Shown here in pieces: positions 38,001-46,080 of a stretch of 64,000 bases of DNA (position 1 is its first letter; each line of letters begins with the position of its first letter). This stretch comes from a virus (taxonomy: Duplodnaviria; Caudoviricetes), in IMG/VR virus record IMGVR_UViG_3300042463_000545, positions 7,768 through 71,767 of that record. One strand, 5' to 3'. The position numbers and the translations under genes are program-made. Under the pieces are notes generated by a model that was not told the DNA's origin, did no database searches, and saw only the letters and a list, made by a program, of their open reading frames with translations.

Positions 38001-38536
38001 CGTACAGAACACCTAGAAGTATTGGTGAATTCCAACAAAAAGACTTATCTCAAAGAGGTAACTTCTATAAATACGATTTAGATTCTTTCGAAGGCCAGGT
38101 TAAATCTTCATTGGCATTAGCTGTCGACAACTACCATAAATTGAAGGCTAAGTATCCAGATCTTTCTGAAGACCAGATTATTGATTTGACAACCTTGATG
38201 CATAATGCCCCAGGAAAAGCACTTGAGCCAAGATTTGTAAATTACTACTTGAAAAGAAATGATGTTGATTATATTGACAAAGTGAAAGGTTTTGCACCAA
38301 AATCATTTGGAAAAGATCAATCTAAAAATGAAAAGATTGAATGGAAAACAGAGAAGATATCTCCAGAAGAGGCTAAGTCAATAGCTGACTATGTTAAATC
38401 TTTACCTAAGACCAAACGAAATGGTGGTGACGTGGGAATCAATCAATTAGATGCCCAACCAATGAAAAAATTAAATCAATTACTTAACTTTACAAATAAC
38501 CCAGACAAAGATAACTGGCTGGATAAATACAACTGA
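35003..38536 (+). CDS. Modular virion cargo protein with zincin-like, NlpC/P60-CHAP-like and lysozyme/SLT-like domains
   Basis: HEISHH (~36191); NCINGVC...GDIF...HAVLI (~37058-37330); IAGQETKFG...SIGEFQ...HNAP...YIDKV (~37765-38284). Confidence 0.7.
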   Translation: MKGWLDNFGKADNANDSNVSLPEGFVGLGYNTKGRNYSPAWGGQFAMGGSIPGSVGFTYARTGSTPSNGKYAKKTMASAQNGQEMKFYQNGLDWKPKSMQNGGEEIYEGRELPEFVVEGKDERMREAMSQGMAKFYGHVGELMGAPQKEAMQLITGKEQTPSEAWGFQKPGGWLDSYSSFGKNLSNFGMDALGDPLNAVPGVGLADDVFKLSVKNVGKNLTENLGKGIGKRAILQAPSPQMMADNVLASATPNASDVTNKKLRFAELNHPQMDLLQELKQKTIDRLDTPEGRRRLQYMINKNFGRSHKAWGKPVESWGEFFSEGLKNFELSGYKKLTPEDIIEEFRNLKFVESDDLLRFDKENAFAAREGGYDPGSFPVMYVGQNLTPKDIMHIFPHEISHHLQRNSRRVTNLDDQLSKLKLKKQQSSLDLDPSEEILEDADFSKISQGWGYGFDPSLDYFLTGSGGMEKLPYAAEIRESLLRRGKIKDYYDEITPQMIEDHYDLYNKTGGSKYKLRLYEIMEKNPKNFKILSETLNKLPAVTLPVAGGAAAVTSTLNQNQPVQKQKNGGITKDNRGYWNPDNWGQPVEIDSNMITMQGVYEPLLGISDTGDTKLMQPGKNYKFNGKKVTEFPVAQTGKDTPAQQEVSRQDYLSKFNMYDDVLKSKNYTTPYYKDNNIDTSEGDMNCINGVCYMVSNIAGVKFDKGQTKDTYTGNATFADNAMDEGYYRSNPEKEGFGVGDIFQYARKKGSMGSRFPGEVDFRNENDLYPNHAVLIVNEFVKDGKKYFKVANNSGGDKVEIEDLSESELMNRYKKGYKTFDGGITYRYDPDKVTSIKKENQDKINVLKGKNPYSGQYSKFDTSNLTFFNNKVDGLNVKNELAPDKNLQRYADVYKTVYNDLGKGSNMPIDSFNKLIMNQIGIAGQETKFGKLASNPKDIVPDSLLPYARRVREIYDYNFGEEDNWKKDYWDKNADNVQKEFSSYQDFVKSLDSEGSDYNPYRTPRSIGEFQQKDLSQRGNFYKYDLDSFEGQVKSSLALAVDNYHKLKAKYPDLSEDQIIDLTTLMHNAPGKALEPRFVNYYLKRNDVDYIDKVKGFAPKSFGKDQSKNEKIEWKTEKISPEEAKSIADYVKSLPKTKRNGGDVGINQLDAQPMKKLNQLLNFTNNPDKDNWLDKYN

Positions 38537-38537
38537 T

Positions 38538-41500
38538 ATGAAGGCTGAAATTTTAAAGATAGCAGGTGTTAAGTCTGAGAAGGAGTTCTACAAAAAATTC
38601 CCTACGGAAGAATCTTTTATGAAGGTTCATGGGAAAGCTTTGAAGAAAGCTCAAGTTGGAGCTATGATTCAAGGAAGCTCATCTTCTCAGTTTAATCCTC
38701 AACCAATTAACTTTCAACAGTTGTATGACCAGAATGATATGTTCATAACTGGATCAACGCAAAATATGCGTAATGCACAAGCACAACAATCAATGCTTGC
38801 TGGACAACAAAACATGCCTAATAAAAAATCAGGAGTTGTTGATGCAATTAACCAAATAGGAAAAATTGCAGATGATGCCTCTAATGGTGCTAAGAATGGT
38901 AAGAAGTTAAAAAAAGCTCAGGGTGGTATAGCGGGTGTTGTTGGAAAAGTTGGTAAAGGACTTGGTAAAGGTGTAGATAAACTTGGTGGCCCAATGGCTG
39001 CTGCTCAAGCAGTTGGTGATGTAGTTGGTGGTATTCAGCAAATGCGTGATGAGAAACAACTTATGAAACAAGCCCAGCAAATGGCTGGTGTAAGTGATGT
39101 TGCTTTTCAAGCTTCTATGACACGTCCTGAACAAGTTCAGAAAAAATATGTACGTCCAGAAGACAATATAAATACAGGGCAAGAGTTCTTCCCTATCTAT
39201 GGTGTAGGAACCACCCTTGCAAAGAATGGTACAGAGATAGCAAATACATTTGCTCCTAATACTATCTACACAGATTTAGAAGAAGCTCAGAATGGTATAA
39301 CCAAGTTTGCACAACAAGGTGGTGGAGATGCTCTTTCTCAACTCACTGCTGGACTAGGAAATCCAAAAGGATATGGTGTTAGTGGTGGTGGAAAACTAGG
39401 TGCTGGTGTTGGAAGTGCACTTGGTAATATAGTTGGTGGTCCAGTTGGAGGTATGGTTGGAAAGGTTGCTGGTCAAACTCTTGGTAATGTATTAGATAGA
39501 AAAGCTGAAAAGACAGAACAAGCTAGAGGTGTTGTTGATAGAAATATTACATCAATGGCCTTTAACCAAGGCACCCAGGGATTGCAACAACAAAACTACT
39601 CTCATATGAGAGATGGTGGTATGGCAAATCCACAAGTAGCGACAGAGCTAGAGGGTATACCATTAACTAGATTGTTTGCTCCAGATCCAACAATGGATAC
39701 ACTACGTGCAGGTGGACATTTGAAAAGCTATACAGCTCCTAGCGAACGTGCAATGTATACAGGAAGAGATCAGTTTGCTATGGGTGGCAATCTTGAAACT
39801 CATTGGGGTGGGCACGCAGAACCTATGTCTTACAATCCTTATCTTCCTGAAGGAGGAGAAACTGTAATGTTTAGAGGTAGGTCTCATGATGAGTCTGATG
39901 GAAAAGGTAATACAGGTATTGGAATCACCTATGGTGAAAGTCCTGTAGAAGTGGAAAGAGGAGAACCAGCTGTACAACTTCGTAATGGCTCAGATGGAGA
40001 TAATAGTCTTACAGTTTATGGTAACTTGAAAATTCCAAAAATGGGAGCTGAGATGATTGGTTCGCCTAAAGCAACAGGTAAGAAGTTTAAAAACTATGTT
40101 GCTGACCTATCTAAAACTGAGCAGAAACAAAATAAACTTATTGACAAGTCTGTTACAGAACTTAATAACCTAGATGTAAATAACCCATACGACCTACTTA
40201 AGTTTCAATCATATAAAGCAAACATTCTTGGGGCAAATCAAAAACTCAAGAATATTGCTGATGAGAAAATAAAATTAGCTAATCTACAATCTGCTATTAA
40301 TGACACTGCTGAAGAATACAATCTTGTAGCTGATGATTTAGCACAGGGTAAAGTGAAGCAGGCTAAGAAAGGAGCTTCTATCAAGAAGGCTCAAACTGGA
40401 GTTACACAAGACGCTAGTGGTAAGATATACGAAGGTCAGGAACTTCCTGAGTTCACCGTAACTCCTTTTGATGAGCAATATCCATTTTATCAATCTCTTT
40501 CTAATGAACAGAAAAGATACATCAATGAGGATAGTCCAATAGGAAGAGCAACTAGAGCACTAGCAGCCACTGGTAAGAGAGGTCAAACTGCTAGCGACAT
40601 ATCTAATGTTGTTAGAGACGTTGAGAAGTTTGGATATGAAGCAAGTGGAGTTCCAGGTACTATAAGATTTGCAGGCGATCCTGTTACAAATTTAACAGGT
40701 ACAGGTAAAACTTTATTGGATCTTGGTGTTACTGGAGCTTCTGCATTTTCGCCAGCTGGGTATGGATCACTTGGTGGGTATAATCCAATAACAGGAGAGG
40801 AAATGTTCAATCAGCAAAATCTAGAAGGAACATTCAATACATTAGATGCGTTGGGTATGGGCTCCATGATGGCTGCGCCACTCATTAAACCAGCTAGTGC
40901 AGCTGCGAGAACAGTTGGAAAAGCAGCTGGAAAAGCAGTTGCTCCACACATGATAAGTATAGAAAATGTTAAAGGTCAAGTTAAGGGTGTTGCAGATAAA
41001 ATCAAAACGCTTAAGGAACTTGAAAAGGTTGGAATGGAAGGTGTTCCTATGATGGAAGGAGTTGATCAAGTTAAAGAAGTTAGAAATTTTGGTAAACGAC
41101 TTAACGAATTCCAATCAAAAATTAAAGGTGCTAAAAGTAGTGAGCTTTCTAAATATTATGATGAGTATAATGAACTAACTGAAAAAGCTGATAAACTTCA
41201 ATCATTAGGCGAAGGAACAGACTACAGTAACGTATTATCTTCTTTAAATAGAAAACTAAATGATTTAGCAGGCTACAAACATGATGATTTCATAGAAAAG
41301 CTTAAAAACTTAGGAGGAGACCCATCAACTGTAGCATATTTACAGAGTAACCCAGATGTAGCAGCACAATATGCTAATAGAACATCTAGATTCAGTGATG
41401 AACAGATATTTGACGACCTTGATCATGGATACTTTGTTCGAGAAGTTACAGATGCTATCAATCGTCCTTCACGTAAAATGGATAATTTCTCACCTTACAC

Positions 41501-43307
41501 AAATTCCATAGATCCTATAGTTGGAATAGACCCTGTAGAAGGTACCTTCATAATGAATGATAATTCTCGTTCGTGGGGGTCTGATGCATTGATTCAAAAA
41601 GATGGGAAGATATATACAAAAGGTACTTATGGAGATCCTGATAAATTTTATTCATATCCATTTTATAAAAATGTTGGCGATAAGCTAATAGATTTATATA
41701 CTAGTGCAAAACTTTCAGGATCTAAAATTCTTCCGCAAGTAGAAAGTGGTCAAGATGCTACAGAGTTACTACATACTTTATTTGCAAGAGATAATGATGT
41801 TGTAAGTATGCTCCGTCAAGCTGATCGATATGTAAGCGAAGCAGATAAAGGATTGTTTTATCCAGCAGGTAGTTTGTCTGGTGATAGTTATCCGTTATCA
41901 GTTAGTATGATAAATAGAATGTTGAAAAAGGATCCTGAATCAAAATTAAGATTCCTTGGTTATAAACAATCTAATAATCTTGGGTTTGCTGATAAAATGC
42001 AAAACCCTCAGTTACTAGCATCTGAGCTTACTCAATTAGTAAATGATCTTGAGAAAACTACTGGTAGCGCTCTACCTAAACCGTTCCGTCATGCAAAAGC
42101 CACAGAAGATTCAAACGTCTTCTTTCCAACGTTTGGTGTTTCAAAAGGTGAGACAAATAAAATAATTGATGAATATTTGAAAAATGCCCCAATCTCAGAT
42201 AGACTTGGTCTAAAAAGATCTGTTATTAAAGTTGCAGATCAACCTTCTATTAACATGACTCCAGGTAGTAATATATTAAAAGATGGAGGATTTGTAAATA
42301 TTAAGAAAGCTCAGCTAGGTGTTACACAACCACCTACAGTAAATCTTCAACCAGTAAATGTTACTGCTTCAAGCTTGATGGCTAATAGAAATCCATTTGG
42401 TCCAATTCAGGTTCCTCAAAGTGTTATAAACGCTGGTATTAAAAAGCCTCGTCAAACATTGGCACAAATGAATAGTTGGAAACCAACGTTAGGTAATCTT
42501 CCACAGATCAGACCTTTCTATAGTCCTTTCTATACGCCTCCTGCTGGTCAACAAGCAGCGCAAAATGAAGAAGGTAAAATTAACTGGATGGATGTAGTTA
42601 ATCAGATTCTTCCTTACGTTAGACCAACTGATGCAGAAGCTCTTGACCCACGTCAACTATCTGGAGAAATGCTTGCCCTTGCTACAAACCAAGTGGACCC
42701 TGTACAAATGCAAAGCATTCAACCACAACTAACTGCTCCATTTGATATATCTCTTCAGGACATCATTAATCAAAATCAAGCTGACTACAGATCTGCTCAA
42801 AGAATGATGGGATACAATCCAGCTGCTCAAGGTGCATTGAATGCACAGAAGTATGCAGCTAATCAAAAAGTACTTGGTGAACAGTTTAGAATGAACCAGG
42901 CTATGAAAAACCAAGTGTACGCTGATAACAGAAATATTCTAGATCAAGCTAACTTGCAAAATATGCAAGGTATGGATCAACAATATGTAAGACAGCAAGA
43001 GGCTCTTTCTAATACCAAGCTTACAGCTCAAGCTGCTCTTAGTTCTATTGCTTCTAAATATCTACAGAACCAATCTGAGAATAGAACTCTTCAGACATAT
43101 GAAAATATGTATAACTACAGATTCGATCCACGTTTCAGAGCAGGAAACATGAATCCTCTTGCACAGTTCAACACTGATATATCAGGACTTTCTTATGAAC
43201 AACTCCAAGCATTAGCTGATCTTAAGAAAAGCCAAACTCCTGTCACTACAACTAACACTACAACTATCAGAAATGGTGGTATAGTGAGAGCAATTAAGTC
43301 CATGTAA
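38538..43307 (+). CDS. Large virion cargo/ejection protein
   Basis: 1589 aa; Gly-rich hydrophobic hairpins, GRSHDESDG...VEVERGE motif, many AQxG/xGG repeats, Q-rich C-terminus. Confidence 0.75.
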   Translation: MKAEILKIAGVKSEKEFYKKFPTEESFMKVHGKALKKAQVGAMIQGSSSSQFNPQPINFQQLYDQNDMFITGSTQNMRNAQAQQSMLAGQQNMPNKKSGVVDAINQIGKIADDASNGAKNGKKLKKAQGGIAGVVGKVGKGLGKGVDKLGGPMAAAQAVGDVVGGIQQMRDEKQLMKQAQQMAGVSDVAFQASMTRPEQVQKKYVRPEDNINTGQEFFPIYGVGTTLAKNGTEIANTFAPNTIYTDLEEAQNGITKFAQQGGGDALSQLTAGLGNPKGYGVSGGGKLGAGVGSALGNIVGGPVGGMVGKVAGQTLGNVLDRKAEKTEQARGVVDRNITSMAFNQGTQGLQQQNYSHMRDGGMANPQVATELEGIPLTRLFAPDPTMDTLRAGGHLKSYTAPSERAMYTGRDQFAMGGNLETHWGGHAEPMSYNPYLPEGGETVMFRGRSHDESDGKGNTGIGITYGESPVEVERGEPAVQLRNGSDGDNSLTVYGNLKIPKMGAEMIGSPKATGKKFKNYVADLSKTEQKQNKLIDKSVTELNNLDVNNPYDLLKFQSYKANILGANQKLKNIADEKIKLANLQSAINDTAEEYNLVADDLAQGKVKQAKKGASIKKAQTGVTQDASGKIYEGQELPEFTVTPFDEQYPFYQSLSNEQKRYINEDSPIGRATRALAATGKRGQTASDISNVVRDVEKFGYEASGVPGTIRFAGDPVTNLTGTGKTLLDLGVTGASAFSPAGYGSLGGYNPITGEEMFNQQNLEGTFNTLDALGMGSMMAAPLIKPASAAARTVGKAAGKAVAPHMISIENVKGQVKGVADKIKTLKELEKVGMEGVPMMEGVDQVKEVRNFGKRLNEFQSKIKGAKSSELSKYYDEYNELTEKADKLQSLGEGTDYSNVLSSLNRKLNDLAGYKHDDFIEKLKNLGGDPSTVAYLQSNPDVAAQYANRTSRFSDEQIFDDLDHGYFVREVTDAINRPSRKMDNFSPYTNSIDPIVGIDPVEGTFIMNDNSRSWGSDALIQKDGKIYTKGTYGDPDKFYSYPFYKNVGDKLIDLYTSAKLSGSKILPQVESGQDATELLHTLFARDNDVVSMLRQADRYVSEADKGLFYPAGSLSGDSYPLSVSMINRMLKKDPESKLRFLGYKQSNNLGFADKMQNPQLLASELTQLVNDLEKTTGSALPKPFRHAKATEDSNVFFPTFGVSKGETNKIIDEYLKNAPISDRLGLKRSVIKVADQPSINMTPGSNILKDGGFVNIKKAQLGVTQPPTVNLQPVNVTASSLMANRNPFGPIQVPQSVINAGIKKPRQTLAQMNSWKPTLGNLPQIRPFYSPFYTPPAGQQAAQNEEGKINWMDVVNQILPYVRPTDAEALDPRQLSGEMLALATNQVDPVQMQSIQPQLTAPFDISLQDIINQNQADYRSAQRMMGYNPAAQGALNAQKYAANQKVLGEQFRMNQAMKNQVYADNRNILDQANLQNMQGMDQQYVRQQEALSNTKLTAQAALSSIASKYLQNQSENRTLQTYENMYNYRFDPRFRAGNMNPLAQFNTDISGLSYEQLQALADLKKSQTPVTTTNTTTIRNGGIVRAIKSM

Positions 43308-43323
43308 TCTGGACTATTACTAC

Positions 43324-43331
43324 TAAATTTG
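43324..43331 (+). promoter_or_regulatory. Possible Bacteroidota -7 promoter element
   Basis: TAAATTTG 16 nt upstream of ATG 43348; no clear -33 element. Confidence 0.35.
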
Positions 43332-43347
43332 ATAAAACAATAATAAT

Positions 43348-46080
43348 ATGGCTTCATTCACAGATGCGATACCTCAGTTTAACCCATACATTCAACAGCT
43401 TCCTGTTGAGGCTATGGTTAATGTTGGTATGGAGAAGCAACAGCGTTACGACCAAGGGATACAAAGAATCCAGTCTCAGATAGATCAAGTTGCAGGGCTT
43501 AGTATTTCTAGACCTCAGGATAGAGAATACCTACAATCTAAACTTAACGAACTTGGCTCTAAGCTAAAGACTGTTGCAGCTGCTGACTTTTCAAATTATC
43601 AGCTAGTTAATTCTGTAGCAGGCATGGCTGGTAGCATTGCGAAAGACCCAACTATTATTGCATCTATGCAATCAACAGCTCAAAGAGCAGCTCTACAAGA
43701 AAGAATTAAAAAAGATACTGAAGCTGGAAAATATAATCCTGCAAACACCACGTTATATAATATATCAGATCAAGAATGGTTTAACGATCCTAATGTTGGG
43801 GCTAAGTATACTGGCTATTATAAAACTCCCCATGACGTATGGGGAAAGATTAAAGACATAGCAGAAGAGGTAGGTATTGATTCAAAAGAAGTAGATAATC
43901 TTTTTGAAAGAGATTCTATTACAGGAGAAGTAAAGCGTGACAAAGATGGCAATCCAATCTTTGATGAGATGCTAGTTCAGAAAACTTTAAAAGGTAAAGA
44001 TCCAGCAAAGCTGCTCTCTGCTTTTCAAGGTGCTCTCACTCCAGAAGATTACGAACAGCTTTCTATTGAAGGCAGATATAAGTATTTGAATTCTACACCT
44101 GAAGAGCTTAGAGAAAAGATTGTAACTCCTTTGAATGAAAAGATTGAATTTAATAATGGTAAAGTTGAGTTGTTAAAAATTGCGTTGGTTGATGAGAACA
44201 ATAAAGCCAAAAAAAATCCACAGCTCATTGAATCATTGGGTAAACAAATTGAATATTTTGAAACGGAGAATACCAATTTAAAAAAATCTCAAGAAAATGG
44301 ACTGAAGTCACTTGCAAGTAATCCAGAAGGTGTTAAAGCAATGCTTTTTACAAATGATTACTTATCAATAATGTCTAGAGTCTTGTCAAGTGAAGAGGTC
44401 TCTACAAAGTATTCTGTTCACCCATTGTTTGAAATTGCAATGGATAAGAAGAACTTTTTGTTAAGTGAAAGAGTGGCTCAAGAAAATGCTTATTATAAAG
44501 CACAAGAAAATAAAAGAGCTCAAGAAACATTTGAGCTCACCAAAGAAGAAAAACTACTTGATATAGAAAAAAAGAGAAGGGGACTATTTGGTGGTTCTGG
44601 ACCTGGAACATCTGGATTACCACAAGGTATTACAGAGTTAGGAACTCCTGCTGAAATACTTGCAGGTAAAAACACAGAATTTTCAAACACTCTATCTACC
44701 TATAACGAACTAAATAAAAATATTGCTATTCAATCATTGAAAGCTGCAAACCCTAAACGTGCTGGAGAAACTGACGCAGCTTATGAAACACGACTAGCAG
44801 TTAAACTTAAAGAAATTGCTAAAGTTGTAGATCCAGATTCTGGAAGTATCAATGTAGCAGTTGAGAAACTTGCAATCTCTCAGCTTGAAAAATGGAGAAC
44901 AGATCCAGATAACATGCCACCAACTGCAAAAAATTTAATTGGAAAACAAAATGATGCACTTAAAACATTGAGCGTTCTTGAGACAGAAATGAAATCAGCA
45001 AGAGAGGAAGCTGATCAGATTGCTATTTCAAGAGGCATTGATATCGATGCTTATAACAAAGTTATGAAGTCTGTTAAACCAACTTCTATAAAGATACAAA
45101 CAGGAGAATCAATCACTCTATCGCCAGAAGATCAACTTGATCTTGTTAATCTTCGTCCAGAAAGATTTAATACATTTGGAAGCTTGTTCCAAACTGATCA
45201 ACAATCAAAGCTTAGTAGTCAAGCAAGAATGAAACTTAATGCTAAGTATGGTGCTGAGAAAGTAAATAATATAGAAAAATTACTTTTCCCTTCCGCAGAT
45301 TTTAATTCTGTATTTGGTGGTACTTTGAATTCTCCAATATTAGAAAATATATCAGATGGTATAAGAGATTCGCAAGTTGCAGACTATAGCGAAATATTAG
45401 CTGGTGTAATGCAAAAGAGTGGAATGGTTGCACAACCATCTGTGTTTGACATACCTCAAGGAGATTTGAAAGAGGGTGAATATAATGCTAAGTATTCTAA
45501 AGTTTTAGAAAACTATAGAGCTATCGCTCCAGACGAAGTTTCAGAAATTTCTAGCATTGTGTTATCTGGAAAATTTGCAGGAAATGCAATCGCTATTCCA
45601 GGAAATGCGGGTGTGCCAGATAGATATTATCTTAATGTCACTCCTTCGTCTGGAGAAGCACCCACTCCTATTCAAATAAATAGACAAGAGTTTGAAGAGT
45701 TAACCTTGACTCAAGCTCCACAATCTTCTTCATTTACAGGTCCTTCATCATTACTGCTGAGAAAAGGAACAACCAATATGAATTCTTCTGGAGACTACAT
45801 GAGTACATATTTTTCACCAAGTGATTTCTTAAACTTCCAAAGTTCTAATTATTCACTTCGTGGGGATTTAGAAAAAGATTTAAATGATCCAAACTTATCT
45901 TTCATGAAACTTTATCTTATTGATAAAAATAGTGGTAATTTAGTGGATGATGCTTGGGTCAGAGATATCCCATTCGATATTACTTTGAGCAATGGTTCAC
46001 CAAACTCAAATCTTAATCGAGCCTCTCAAGGGTTTAATAGCCAAAATGTTCAATTGATTTTCAATAGACCAGTAAATTAA
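43348..46080 (+). CDS. Virion cargo protein upstream of the RNA polymerase
   Basis: 910 aa, helical; FNPYIQQLPVEAM..VG..KQQRYD N-terminus; coupled to the RNAP gene (TAATG). Confidence 0.75.
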   Translation: MASFTDAIPQFNPYIQQLPVEAMVNVGMEKQQRYDQGIQRIQSQIDQVAGLSISRPQDREYLQSKLNELGSKLKTVAAADFSNYQLVNSVAGMAGSIAKDPTIIASMQSTAQRAALQERIKKDTEAGKYNPANTTLYNISDQEWFNDPNVGAKYTGYYKTPHDVWGKIKDIAEEVGIDSKEVDNLFERDSITGEVKRDKDGNPIFDEMLVQKTLKGKDPAKLLSAFQGALTPEDYEQLSIEGRYKYLNSTPEELREKIVTPLNEKIEFNNGKVELLKIALVDENNKAKKNPQLIESLGKQIEYFETENTNLKKSQENGLKSLASNPEGVKAMLFTNDYLSIMSRVLSSEEVSTKYSVHPLFEIAMDKKNFLLSERVAQENAYYKAQENKRAQETFELTKEEKLLDIEKKRRGLFGGSGPGTSGLPQGITELGTPAEILAGKNTEFSNTLSTYNELNKNIAIQSLKAANPKRAGETDAAYETRLAVKLKEIAKVVDPDSGSINVAVEKLAISQLEKWRTDPDNMPPTAKNLIGKQNDALKTLSVLETEMKSAREEADQIAISRGIDIDAYNKVMKSVKPTSIKIQTGESITLSPEDQLDLVNLRPERFNTFGSLFQTDQQSKLSSQARMKLNAKYGAEKVNNIEKLLFPSADFNSVFGGTLNSPILENISDGIRDSQVADYSEILAGVMQKSGMVAQPSVFDIPQGDLKEGEYNAKYSKVLENYRAIAPDEVSEISSIVLSGKFAGNAIAIPGNAGVPDRYYLNVTPSSGEAPTPIQINRQEFEELTLTQAPQSSSFTGPSSLLLRKGTTNMNSSGDYMSTYFSPSDFLNFQSSNYSLRGDLEKDLNDPNLSFMKLYLIDKNSGNLVDDAWVRDIPFDITLSNGSPNSNLNRASQGFNSQNVQLIFNRPVN

